DNA of 64,000 bases from a virus. The translations under genes were made by a program, and so were the position numbers. Shown piece after piece: positions 1-8,629 of the stretch. The stretch spans positions 1 to 64,000 of IMG/VR virus record IMGVR_UViG_3300045049_000339; one strand, 5' to 3'. The stretch's first letter is position 1. Each line of letters starts with the position of its first letter. The notes below the pieces were generated by a model that was given only the letters and a program-made list of their open reading frames with translations, was not told the origin of the DNA and did no database searches.

Positions 1-154
1 CGGCCAGCGGTCCGTCCACAGCTTCGTCCACAGCCTGTGGGGACTCTCCCTGGCCTGGGAAAATCTTGTTGACCATCCTTCGCATAAAACAGGTCACCAC
101 CCCTGGCATATACGTACCCCCCCCCCGCCAAAGGAGGGTGACCATGGTTCAAAA

Positions 155-604
155 CTATTGGCAAGATCGGCAAACTCGCCAACCTTCCCTGCGAATACGA
201 GTGTTCTCCGGAATAAATTCATGGCCACGATCACAGTGCGTCTTGCGCCTGTTCTCTGCGGGTGGACCGCCATCCGTGCCATGCCGAACACGGTCTTTGA
301 AGTTCTCCAGCCTGGTTCCGTACTCCAGATTGCCAAGCCGATTGTTTGTGGGATCACCGTCCAGGTGACGCGTTTCCATCCCAGGCGGCAGTGGACCGAC
401 AAATGTCTCCATCACCAGTCGATGAACCTGATACGTCCGATACTTACCATTTTTGACTAGGTTCACCAGCAAGTGCCCGTCCCGCTGTGTCCTGGGCTTC
501 ATCAACTTGCCCTTGGACTTGGCCGACCAGCTCCGCACGTTGCCCTGGTCGCTCACCTCGTACCGACCGTCATATCCCTCGATCGGGCGCCAGGTCTCAG
601 TCAC
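155..604 (-). CDS. NUMOD4 motif-containing HNH endonuclease
   Basis: N-terminal ETWRPIEGYDGRYEVSDQGNVRS (NUMOD4), VHRLV...RHLDGDPTNNRLGNLEY (HNH), C-terminal Cys/His zinc motif. Confidence 0.9.
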   Translation of the reverse strand: MTETWRPIEGYDGRYEVSDQGNVRSWSAKSKGKLMKPRTQRDGHLLVNLVKNGKYRTYQVHRLVMETFVGPLPPGMETRHLDGDPTNNRLGNLEYGTRLENFKDRVRHGTDGGPPAENRRKTHCDRGHEFIPENTRIRREGWRVCRSCQ

Positions 605-1106
605 CCTGTACGCCCTCCTGAGCCACGATCTGCGCCTTGCCGTGGATCAGGGCCACCTCCGCCTTCGCAAGCTCCCTGTGGGCCTTCAGGACGTCTTCTC
701 GCGCCCGCATGACGTGGGCCTGGAGTTGCTCGATCGTGAACCCTTCCCCGTTGACCGGCTGCACCACCTCTTCATGGGCGCTGCCCCACCGGATGTTGTC
801 GGCCCGGTTGTCCCACTGGTGGCCGTTGAGCCAAATCACCTTCTGGCCGGGCTTGGGCCTGCCGTGGAACATCACCGCCACCAGCTTCTCGACGCTGTGC
901 GGCCTGCTCTGCGGGTGCAGGACGTCCTTGAGCCAGACCTTCCGGCGCTTCGGACTCTGGCTGTCCGGCCCCTCCCCGCCACTGAGGATCTTGCCTGCAC
1001 GTCCAGTGTGCTGGGTGCGTACCCGCCCCAGTGAACTGACCTGGTACATGCTCTGCTGGCCGTACCGGTCGATGATCCAGCGCCACTCTTCCTGGGTCTT
1101 CTCCAT
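597..1106 (-). CDS. NUMOD4/HNH-like protein, degenerate HNH with C-terminal coiled coil
   Basis: EEWRWI...YQVSSLGRVR; the HNH-equivalent segment reads WLNGHQWDNRADNIRW, with the first His replaced; start moved to the ATG at 1106. Confidence 0.7.
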   Translation of the reverse strand: MEKTQEEWRWIIDRYGQQSMYQVSSLGRVRTQHTGRAGKILSGGEGPDSQSPKRRKVWLKDVLHPQSRPHSVEKLVAVMFHGRPKPGQKVIWLNGHQWDNRADNIRWGSAHEEVVQPVNGEGFTIEQLQAHVMRAREDVLKAHRELAKAEVALIHGKAQIVAQEGVQGD

Positions 1107-1521
1107 GGGTCGAACCGTAGCACACTTCAAAACTTGGTGTGTAAACAGTTGACTTCTTGTCAGTAGCTTCCAATAGACCTTTGACAGATTCATGATTTTG
1201 TACCACCACACAGAATATATCTCAGAACCTCATCCCCTCAGCTTCATGGCGTCAAACCTCCCACCAACTCTCGTCAACTACTCAACGTCCCAGGTCAGAG
1301 TGTCTTTATTGATCGTCTGCCACACGTCAACCTCACGTCAACAACACATCAATTCTTTTAGGTGGGTTGGTACAATACATCTTGATACACTGTACTAGCT
1401 CTCTGTATCAGTGATTCCTGTACCACTCCATACGACTATTCATGGTTCCCATACCAGCCACAGGCCGTGTGTCTCATTTACGTATGTACGACAAGCCGTC
1501 TTCCTTCTGCGACAGTACGAC

Positions 1522-1550
1522 TTGCATCCGCTGTACCGACTGACTACGAT
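1522..1550 (+). promoter_or_regulatory. sigma70/HrdB-like promoter, probably giving a leaderless mRNA
   Basis: TTGCAT-N17-TACGAT, ATG 7 nt downstream at 1558. Confidence 0.5.
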
Positions 1551-1557
1551 CAAGCAC

Positions 1558-2376
1558 ATGACCGAAACCCCTACGTACGACCTGGCCGCAGCACGTACCG
1601 TCCTGATCGACGGGCAGCGATGGGTATGTATTTCTGATATACTGTCCCTCCTCGGCGCGGACCCCTCCTCGCTCGACGTCCTCGACGTCCTGTCGTCACT
1701 CCCTGCTACGCACCGCCTCGTCCAGCCCGTGTACGCGCCGGACGGCTCCACCGAGCGGCTTCCGGTGGTCACGGAGAAGGCGCTGATCTCCTTCCTCCTC
1801 GCGTGCCCGCAGACGCCCGTGCAGACCTATGTCCGGGACACCCTCGCCGCTGGCTTCCGCGCGCACAGCGGAGCCGCCGCGTCCACTTCCGGCGCGACGC
1901 GCTGGGGTGAGCAGCCGTTCCGGGAGCTGGTGCGCGTGCACTCCCTGTCCATGTCGGAGTTCACCTCCCTGCTGAACAAGCACGTTCCCGCAGGTGACCG
2001 CCGTATTACGCAGGCGAGTGTCAGTGCTGTGGCGATGGGTCGGCAGCTTCCGAATCAGCGTCTGCTGAGCGCCATGGTGGCGGTGCTTCAGGCTCCCCCC
2101 TCGGAGCTGCTCACGCCCGACGCCCTGGCCGCGTATGAGCGCAAGGGCCTGCCGCGTGAGGTCCGGCTGAATCCGAAGAATCCGCCGCGTACGGCGCCCG
2201 AGCCTGTCATCCCTGTCGTCGACGAGTCCTTCGACATGGACGCGGAGGCGGCGAAGATGGACGCGGCGTTCGCGGAGCTGGGTTTCTCGGCGGGTTTCAC
2301 GGCGGTGACCGGCGCTGATGCGTCTCCGTCGGCTCCGTCCTCCTCGGAGCCCCCCGGCCAGGACAACGTCGAGTAA
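1558..2376 (+). CDS. BRO-N-like domain plus HTH DNA-binding protein (antirepressor-like)
   Basis: RTVLIDGQRWVCISDILSLLG...VVTEKAL resembles Bro-N; LSMSEFTSLL...ITQASVSAVAMG resembles an XRE HTH. Confidence 0.6.
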   Translation: MTETPTYDLAAARTVLIDGQRWVCISDILSLLGADPSSLDVLDVLSSLPATHRLVQPVYAPDGSTERLPVVTEKALISFLLACPQTPVQTYVRDTLAAGFRAHSGAAASTSGATRWGEQPFRELVRVHSLSMSEFTSLLNKHVPAGDRRITQASVSAVAMGRQLPNQRLLSAMVAVLQAPPSELLTPDALAAYERKGLPREVRLNPKNPPRTAPEPVIPVVDESFDMDAEAAKMDAAFAELGFSAGFTAVTGADASPSAPSSSEPPGQDNVE

Positions 2377-2419
2377 AACAAAGAGGGCGTGCACATCGTG
2401 CACGCCCTCTTTGTTTTTT
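2375..2419. terminator. bidirectional intrinsic terminator
   Basis: aaaacaaagagggcgtgcac-atc-gtgcacgccctctttgtttt inverted repeat between convergent genes. Confidence 0.85.
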
Positions 2420-2422
2420 GGT

Positions 2423-3322
2423 TTACTTTCCGAGTTCCGGCATGTTTCCGCGTTTGATGACGCCTCGGTCTTGTGCGAGTTTCAACTCCCTTGTCACAAG
2501 CTCCGGCCAGTGCCGCATGTTGAGTGAATATCCGTCCTCGGCGATGTCCTGGGCTCGAATGCAAAGATCGCGTGCGAGTCGATTGAGAATGCGAAGTTCC
2601 TTCTCGTCAAGGTAGTTTGCAGCAACTTTCAGTTCGTCTTTCCTGGGCCCACTTTTGCCTTTCCAGGTTTTGATTTGTCGCACTTGAATGATTTCTGTAG
2701 CGGTGAGTCCGGTAATGGCACGGTAGATGGTGTTGCGAATTCCGCCGAAGTAGAAGCTGTTTTTCTTGCTGTCTTTGTCGTAATCGACGGAGCCGTTGAC
2801 GATGGCGTCGGTAAAGGTGCGGTAGTCGACTTTCCCCATGGCGCGTACGCGCTGAAGTGGTGTGAGGTCCGTGTCGGCGGCCGTGACGCGTTGCTCGGTT
2901 GTGGCGGATGCTTCGACGTTCAGCAGATACGCGCGTACTTTCTCCGCGATGGGACTCTCGGTGAGGAGTTGTCCGACGTTCAAGATCGCGCGGCGTGGGA
3001 ACAGGGCCACGCTGCGGGCGCGTGGGCTGAAGAGATTTGCGACCTCTGGCGACGAGGTCGCAAACGCGCGGAAGTCGTCGCCCTTGAGGACGTGGTATCC
3101 GTTCTCCAGCAACTCGGTGCGGTTGCTGCCGACGACGGATTGGATGGTCTTCTCGCTGACCTCGTAGTACGCGGCGACCATCTTCGTGTCGGCGTGTACG
3201 CCGTCCGGCAGCAGCGCCAGCGCCTTGACCTTGTCCAGCACGTCGGTCTTCTCGACAGTGGAGGCGCGCATGTCCAGCGGGAGGGGGAGCTGTACGGCGG
3301 TGTTAGGCTTGCTCGTGTCCAT
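2423..3322 (-). CDS. DNA-binding protein with ORF6N-like N-terminus and RhuM-like C-terminus
   Basis: VLDKVKALALLPDG...VAAYYEV N-terminus; TGLTATEII...KTWKG...KDELKVAANYLDEKELRILNRL resembles the RhuM family; RBS GGAG before ATG 3322. Confidence 0.6.
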   Translation of the reverse strand: MDTSKPNTAVQLPLPLDMRASTVEKTDVLDKVKALALLPDGVHADTKMVAAYYEVSEKTIQSVVGSNRTELLENGYHVLKGDDFRAFATSSPEVANLFSPRARSVALFPRRAILNVGQLLTESPIAEKVRAYLLNVEASATTEQRVTAADTDLTPLQRVRAMGKVDYRTFTDAIVNGSVDYDKDSKKNSFYFGGIRNTIYRAITGLTATEIIQVRQIKTWKGKSGPRKDELKVAANYLDEKELRILNRLARDLCIRAQDIAEDGYSLNMRHWPELVTRELKLAQDRGVIKRGNMPELGK

Positions 3323-3457
3323 GATTGCTCCGTGATGAGTGGACCGTGCCCCCGGCAGCCTGACCGCTGTGCGGGGGTTTTGTGTGCAGTCTATACCTCT
3401 GTGACCAGCCCTCCCCCGAGTCCGACGACTAGTCTCATCCTTCCTACGCCCGGCGAC

Positions 3458-3486
3458 TTGACATAACGTCATGCCGGGCGTAGTGT
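3458..3486 (+). promoter_or_regulatory. HrdB-like promoter
   Basis: TTGACA-N17-TAGTGT. Confidence 0.75.
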
Positions 3487-3525
3487 GTTCCTCGAAGCAA
3501 GCGGCACACCAGGAAGAGGAATCCC

Positions 3526-3840
3526 ATGGCAACGTCGATCGTGATCGACAACCTGCCCGGCAAGGTCCGGGTCTGTGTCACCGACGCGACCGGCCGGTTC
3601 GACGTGGCGGAGTTCGAGCGGGGGCCGGGCGGAGCCGTCGTGGACCAGGGCTTCTGCGACTGGATCAACCGGCTCGACAAGCTGGTCTACGACAACAAGG
3701 TCCCGGCCGTCTCGGTCTACCCGGACCCGGCCGACTACGCCGCCCCAGTTCACACCGCTACGGAGGGTGACCGTCTCCTCCCCTCGACGCAGTCCCGTCC
3801 GTCCGGTTCCGGCGGCAACACGGATCGTATCCCGGACTGA
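3526..3840 (+). CDS. hypothetical protein
   Basis: RBS GAGGA, GC3-rich codons, lies downstream of a promoter. Confidence 0.7.
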   Translation: MATSIVIDNLPGKVRVCVTDATGRFDVAEFERGPGGAVVDQGFCDWINRLDKLVYDNKVPAVSVYPDPADYAAPVHTATEGDRLLPSTQSRPSGSGGNTDRIPD

Positions 3841-3981
3841 TACACAAATCCGGAACACGGTCCAGCACGGAAGCAACTTCAAGGATCTATCCAAAGGATA
3901 TGTACCGGCCGGTGCACGCTACGAACACAAAGGAGAGGCACCGGCCGTACACCAGCACCGATACAAGAAAGCGGTACACGC

Positions 3982-4356
3982 ATGGACGCCACGACAACCA
4001 ACGAAACCCCGGCCACTCCGGCCACCCCGACGGCCACCCCGACGGCCACCCCGACCGGTGCACAGTTCCGCCCGAACCCCGGCCGCAACCTCGGGAGCAG
4101 GGCCGCCGCGACGGCCGCCTCCTTCCAGGTCGCCCTCCTCAAGGCGTTCGAGAACACGCCGTGGTCCCAGCTCACGATGGTCCACGTCGCGCGGCTGGCG
4201 GGGATGTCCCCGGCGTCGGCGTACCAGTATTACGCCACCCTCGACGCGCTCCTGCTGGCGACGGCCCAGTCCCTGGCGGCCGATGACACGCCGCTGCCGA
4301 AGCACATGAAGCTGGTCGTCGACCTGCTGCGGTACGAGGCCGAGCAGGGCATGTAG
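3982..4356 (+). CDS. TetR-family HTH protein with TPA-repeat N-terminus
   Basis: PWSQLTMVHVARLAGMSPASAYQYYATLDALL matches the TetR HTH pattern. Confidence 0.75.
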   Translation: MDATTTNETPATPATPTATPTATPTGAQFRPNPGRNLGSRAAATAASFQVALLKAFENTPWSQLTMVHVARLAGMSPASAYQYYATLDALLLATAQSLAADDTPLPKHMKLVVDLLRYEAEQGM

Positions 4357-4425
4357 CCCTCCTCCGCCCACTCCCCCACCCCCTCGGTGCCGCATCTGGT
4401 TCACCCGTTTGCCCCGCGAACTGAG

Positions 4426-4454
4426 TTGACATCAGATGCGGCACCGAGTACAGT
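4426..4454 (+). promoter_or_regulatory. HrdB-like promoter
   Basis: TTGACA-N17-TACAGT. Confidence 0.75.
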
Positions 4455-4501
4455 AGTTATCACAAGGGCAGGCCGCCCGAAGGAACAGGAAGGAAAATAC
4501 C

Positions 4502-4939
4502 ATGGCGTACGAGCAGCCGGAGCGTTACTCCGAGGTGGAGATCACCCTTCGGGGCACGCTGGAGCACGTGGAGTACGACCTGATCCAGTTCACGAACGGC
4601 ACCCGGATCGAGGGGCTGGACGGGCCGAACGCCTCCCCGGCGATCGTGGACGTCAAGGTCATCACGCCCGGCCCGGCGCGTGGCGACCTGGGCATCTACA
4701 CCAATCGGCGCACCGGCAAGCGAGAGCTGGTGATGTTCCGCCAGCACGGCCACTACGACGCGGACTGGTACACCAAGGACGGCGTCTCGGTGGACCGCAA
4801 GGACATCGCGCCGGTCGACGCCGAGATGCTGACCGCCGTCCTCGCCCAGCTCCCGCCCGGCCCGCCCTCCAAGCTCATCGACACCGGCAAGGCTCGCTCT
4901 CCCCGCAACCGTGCCGCCGACACCCAGAAGGAGTTCTGA
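4502..4939 (+). CDS. hypothetical protein (P-x-x-GD module family)
   Basis: RBS, codon bias, module shared with neighbouring genes. Confidence 0.75.
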   Translation: MAYEQPERYSEVEITLRGTLEHVEYDLIQFTNGTRIEGLDGPNASPAIVDVKVITPGPARGDLGIYTNRRTGKRELVMFRQHGHYDADWYTKDGVSVDRKDIAPVDAEMLTAVLAQLPPGPPSKLIDTGKARSPRNRAADTQKEF

Positions 4940-4941
4940 TC

Positions 4942-5034
4942 ATGGCCGACACCAAGAACCCGAAGGTTCCCCCGCAGCGTCCCCCGTCCGACCCGCTGCC
5001 GCCGAACTCCCTGCCGAAGCAGCCGGGCAAGTAG
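4942..5034 (+). CDS. 30-aa proline-rich peptide
   Basis: AAGGAG RBS, MADTKNPKVPPQRPPSDPLPPNSLPKQPGK. Confidence 0.5.
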   Translation: MADTKNPKVPPQRPPSDPLPPNSLPKQPGK

Positions 5035-5159
5035 GCGCACGAACTACCTGGGGCTGTTCCTCGGAGCGGCCCCACCCGCACCCCTTCGCACCTCACCCGT
5101 ACCCCACCCGTACCCCGCCTCGAACATCAGTTTGACCACCAACCAGGAAAGAGGAAACC

Positions 5160-5654
5160 ATGTCCAAGGACTTGACCACGGCCGAGACCGAGCTGGAGTA
5201 CGACTACCTCGACACCTCGAAGATCGGTTCGTCCGACGTCTATCCCGGCGTTCCCGGCGACCTTCCCGAGGGCGCGGAGGTGACGGCCTCCTTCCGGGGC
5301 AAGGTGCTGTGGCGGGAATACGACCGGGACTCCTCGATGGAGCTGGAGCTGGAGTGCGGGACGCGTGTCGTCCTGTCCTGGCAGGTCACGAGCCCCGACT
5401 CCCTGGAGGACCCGGCGCCGGTCATCGTCGTCCACTCCTTCGGCTTCCGTCCGGGCGACGTCGCCGTCCGGTACGTGCAGGACCCCGAAAAGCCGAAGGG
5501 TTTCCGGGTTCTGGAGACGTTCTTCGCGACCACCGCCTCGACGTCCGCCCGTGAGGTGGACTGGCTCGGTAAGGACGGTGTCCTGACCGACGTGGACCCG
5601 GTCACGCTCACGCTGGTGGTCCGGGACGGCCTGCCGGTTCCGGCTCCCGAGTAG
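5160..5654 (+). CDS. hypothetical protein (P-x-x-GD module family)
   Basis: RBS GAGGA; FRPGDVA...LVVRDG. Confidence 0.75.
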   Translation: MSKDLTTAETELEYDYLDTSKIGSSDVYPGVPGDLPEGAEVTASFRGKVLWREYDRDSSMELELECGTRVVLSWQVTSPDSLEDPAPVIVVHSFGFRPGDVAVRYVQDPEKPKGFRVLETFFATTASTSAREVDWLGKDGVLTDVDPVTLTLVVRDGLPVPAPE

Positions 5655-5911
5655 TGAACCGGGGCGTGAACAACCCGCACGCCAGGTTCCGCTCTTCGCC
5701 GCTGGTGAAGTGGCTGGACCTGGCGTGCGGGCACACGATCAAGGTCGCGACGGAGCCCTTCAATCCGGGCGCGGTGTATGCGTGTACGTACAAGGCCGGT
5801 TGTGGTTATACCGTCGCATGGTTGCGTTACTACGAGGACAATCACGCGTACATGCATACCAATCCGTTGTATATCGACGAAGACGGCAACCGGAAGGATG
5901 TACCGCAATGA
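5654..5911 (+). CDS. hypothetical zinc-ribbon-like protein
   Basis: overlapping start; LACGH...CTYKAGC. Confidence 0.55.
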   Translation: MNRGVNNPHARFRSSPLVKWLDLACGHTIKVATEPFNPGAVYACTYKAGCGYTVAWLRYYEDNHAYMHTNPLYIDEDGNRKDVPQ

Positions 5912-6138
5912 CACATGTCACGTCTTTCGACGACTTCCAGCGCGGTGACCGCATCCGCTTCGTCACCTGGCGCCAATACGTCGGGGGCTTCCGGCACGGC
6001 ATGGTCTGGCGCACCGGCACCGTCCAGCTCGCCACCTCCCGCGCCCTCACCATCGCCTGCGACATCCCGAACCCGATCGGGCGCCGGGCGGTCATCAAGC
6101 GCGAGGAGTGGGAGCAGCGCTGCCCGGAGAAGTTGTAG
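5908..6138 (+). CDS. hypothetical protein
   Basis: ATGA overlap, codon bias. Confidence 0.6.
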   Translation: MTHVTSFDDFQRGDRIRFVTWRQYVGGFRHGMVWRTGTVQLATSRALTIACDIPNPIGRRAVIKREEWEQRCPEKL

Positions 6139-6212
6139 AACCCACCCATCCCCTCAACCCGTCCCCTCAACCCGTCCCCTCAAAAATTTTTCTGCCAACT
6201 TCCCACTCCCGC

Positions 6213-6242
6213 TTGATACATGCCGACGGTACATGCTACTGT
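6213..6242 (+). promoter_or_regulatory. HrdB-like promoter
   Basis: TTGATA-N18-TACTGT followed by an AGCAGGAACAAGGAAAG leader. Confidence 0.6.
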
Positions 6243-6296
6243 TCTTGTATCAGCAGGAACAAGGAAAGCAACAACAGCGAGAAGGCGGTACATACC

Positions 6297-6998
6297 ATGT
6301 ACAACCCGAGGGACCTCAACCTCAACGACAAGGTCCGGTTCACGGTCGAGGGCTACGTCTACAGCTCCGCGAACAACGGCCTGTCCCTCACGGCCGAGCC
6401 CACCGACGGCACCGCCAACGACCCGCGCTCCGTCGACCGGATGAACGTTGTCTGGCCCGCCTTCGACACCGCCCTCGCCCCGGACGTCACCGTGCTGGAG
6501 GCGACCTACGTCCCGAAGCCCGGTGACGTCGCCAGCTGGCGCACCGACGGCTGCATGGTCCCGACGACGGTGGTCTGGCTCTCGGTGAACGGCCAGGAAC
6601 CGGCGTGGTACATGACCGGCCACGGCACCATGATCCGGATGGACGCCGTGGACATCACCTCGGACCGCTTCCAGCTCCTGGTCACAGGCGGCAAGCCGGT
6701 CGAGCCCAAGCCCAAGCCCAAGCCCAAGCCCAAGCCCAAGCCCAAGCCCAAGCCCAAGCCCAAGCCCAAGCCCAAGCCGGAGAGCCCCTACACCCCGAAG
6801 CTGGGTGATACGGGCGTCTTCGTCACCGCGTCCGGCACGCGCGTCACGGTCATGTACCGCCTCAACGACGCCCACCCCCTCGACAAGCCGGACTGGTACC
6901 GGGCCAACGGTGTCGAGTCCGGCAGCACCACCCACCACGAGCCCAGTTTCCAGCTCGTCCTTCGTGACGGCGTCCTCCAGGAAGGGATCAACGTCTGA
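6297..6998 (+). CDS. hypothetical protein with two P-x-x-GD modules joined by a (PK)12 linker
   Basis: YVPKPGDVA and YTPKLGDTG modules flank the PK repeat. Confidence 0.75.
   Translation: MYNPRDLNLNDKVRFTVEGYVYSSANNGLSLTAEPTDGTANDPRSVDRMNVVWPAFDTALAPDVTVLEATYVPKPGDVASWRTDGCMVPTTVVWLSVNGQEPAWYMTGHGTMIRMDAVDITSDRFQLLVTGGKPVEPKPKPKPKPKPKPKPKPKPKPKPKPESPYTPKLGDTGVFVTASGTRVTVMYRLNDAHPLDKPDWYRANGVESGSTTHHEPSFQLVLRDGVLQEGINV
6705..6776 (+). repeat. (CCCAAG)12 perfect tandem repeat
   Basis: 72 bp read directly; encodes (PK)12. Confidence 0.95.
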
Positions 6999-7198
6999 TG
7001 TCCACGAACTACACCCCGCACAAGGGTGACAAGGGCCGGTTCACCGATTCCCAGGGCAACTGGGTGACGGTCACCTACACGGAGCACAACGGCCTCGGGA
7101 TGTGGATCTCGGAGAAGCAGAACGTGATCTCGTCGCTGGCCCATCTCATTCCCGGCTTCGAGCTGCTGAAGCTCGCCAAGCGGAAGGGTGCGAACTGA
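6998..7198 (+). CDS. hypothetical protein (P-x-x-GD module family)
   Basis: YTPHKGDKGRF; TGATG coupling. Confidence 0.7.
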   Translation: MSTNYTPHKGDKGRFTDSQGNWVTVTYTEHNGLGMWISEKQNVISSLAHLIPGFELLKLAKRKGAN

Positions 7199-7584
7199 TG
7201 ACGTACGCGCACGAACGGCTTCGCAGCGGTGACCGGGTCAAGGTCTCGTTCGAGGGCGAACTGATGGGCGTCGAGGACGGCGTCGGCGCTTCCGAGGGGC
7301 GGGTGTTCCTTCGGGTCAACGACGGGGACTCGGACATTCTGTTCGGGTACTACCCGCAGAACTCCGAGCCGAAGATCGAGATCACGGCCATGACCTATCA
7401 CCCCGGCGACGTGGCCATTGTTCACATCGGGGGCGGTGTGGAGCTGCTGATGTTCCGCGTCGATTCCAAGGCGGAGGGTGCGTACTGGATGCAGCCGACC
7501 GGCCGCAAGTGGTTCGACCACTTCGCGCCTGGTAACGTCCAGATCCTGCACCGGGCTGAGGCGCTGGTCAAGGAGGCTCCCTGA
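7198..7584 (+). CDS. hypothetical protein (P-x-x-GD module family)
   Basis: TYHPGDVA; TGATG coupling. Confidence 0.7.
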   Translation: MTYAHERLRSGDRVKVSFEGELMGVEDGVGASEGRVFLRVNDGDSDILFGYYPQNSEPKIEITAMTYHPGDVAIVHIGGGVELLMFRVDSKAEGAYWMQPTGRKWFDHFAPGNVQILHRAEALVKEAP

Positions 7585-7829
7585 TGGTGCACGCTCCATC
7601 GGTTTCCCGTGCGCTGAACAAGGCCGGGTGCCAGAACCAGTTCGTGTGCTACGCGTTCGAGGACCACTCCTTCGTGGCCGTCTGGGCGCCGAAGAGCGCG
7701 CCGGGGCTGGTGGAGGACTACAAGGCGGCGCTGACCCCCAAGTACCACGTGCAGCCCGATCCGAGGCACCCGAACTGCCTGCTGGTCTCCGATCACGACT
7801 CGCCCGACTGGGAACCGCGCGAGGACTAG
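7584..7829 (+). CDS. hypothetical protein
   Basis: TGATG coupling, RBS AAGGAGG. Confidence 0.7.
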   Translation: MVHAPSVSRALNKAGCQNQFVCYAFEDHSFVAVWAPKSAPGLVEDYKAALTPKYHVQPDPRHPNCLLVSDHDSPDWEPRED

Positions 7830-7840
7830 ACTCCCCGTCC

Positions 7841-7874
7841 AACAGCCCCCTGCCCTACCTGGCAGGGGGCTGTT
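7841..7874 (+). terminator. hairpin terminator
   Basis: aacagccccctgcc-ctacct-ggcagggggctgtt. Confidence 0.7.
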
Positions 7875-7879
7875 GCGTG

Positions 7880-7908
7880 TTGACCCAACTCCTCGACTCT
7901 GCTAGAGT
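7880..7908 (+). promoter_or_regulatory. HrdB-like promoter
   Basis: TTGACC-N17-TAGAGT followed by AGCAGGAACAGGAAAGGAA. Confidence 0.75.
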
Positions 7909-7946
7909 CTTCTCTGTCAGCAGGAACAGGAAAGGAACCGCATCCC

Positions 7947-8357
7947 ATGAGCGAGAGCAAGACGTTCATCAGCTTCCAGCCCGACCTGGTCGTGGACCAG
8001 GTCACCGAGGACGGACGGCCGCTGTACAAGCTCCCCTTCCCGGAGTCCTTCTTCCTCGACGGCCAGGTCACGACGGAGTTCTGGAAGCCGCACACGGCCA
8101 GCATCGTCGGCTTCACGGACGAGGTCGACGGCCCCCTGACGCTGCGCTTCGCCGAGCTGAGCCTGAAGTTCTCCACCGACCCGGAGGTCTTCCAGCAGGC
8201 CGTCGGCAAGTACATGGTCACCGCGAATGCCAGCGGACGTCTGTCCATCACCGTCTCGGTGATCCGTGACGTCACGGTCTACGCGCCGCCGAAGCCGGAC
8301 ATGGACGTGGTGGTCATCAACTCCACCCCGGCCCCTGACCCGGCCAAGGCCGCCTGA
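7947..8357 (+). CDS. hypothetical protein
   Basis: RBS, codon bias. Confidence 0.75.
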   Translation: MSESKTFISFQPDLVVDQVTEDGRPLYKLPFPESFFLDGQVTTEFWKPHTASIVGFTDEVDGPLTLRFAELSLKFSTDPEVFQQAVGKYMVTANASGRLSITVSVIRDVTVYAPPKPDMDVVVINSTPAPDPAKAA

Positions 8358-8629
8358 TGTCCTGGCTCCGGGACCGGCTGGCGAGCCGGTCCCGGCGCCG
8401 GGAGGCGATGGTCAAAGAGGTCATCTCCGAGGCGTACAGGGCCGTTGTTCTTCGGCGTGCGGTGCAGGAAGTCCGACGGGAGTACCTGCCGAAGCCGCCG
8501 TCCGGAAATCCGGATTACGACCATGGATACGGGGATGCGATTCTCGATATCACCCGGTTACTTGACCCGGACTTTCCGCCCAAGTACCTGCACATTCACC
8601 AAGACATTCAGAAAGAGAGCGATTCGTGA
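8357..8629 (+). CDS. hypothetical protein
   Basis: TGATG coupling. Confidence 0.6.
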   Translation: MSWLRDRLASRSRRREAMVKEVISEAYRAVVLRRAVQEVRREYLPKPPSGNPDYDHGYGDAILDITRLLDPDFPPKYLHIHQDIQKESDS

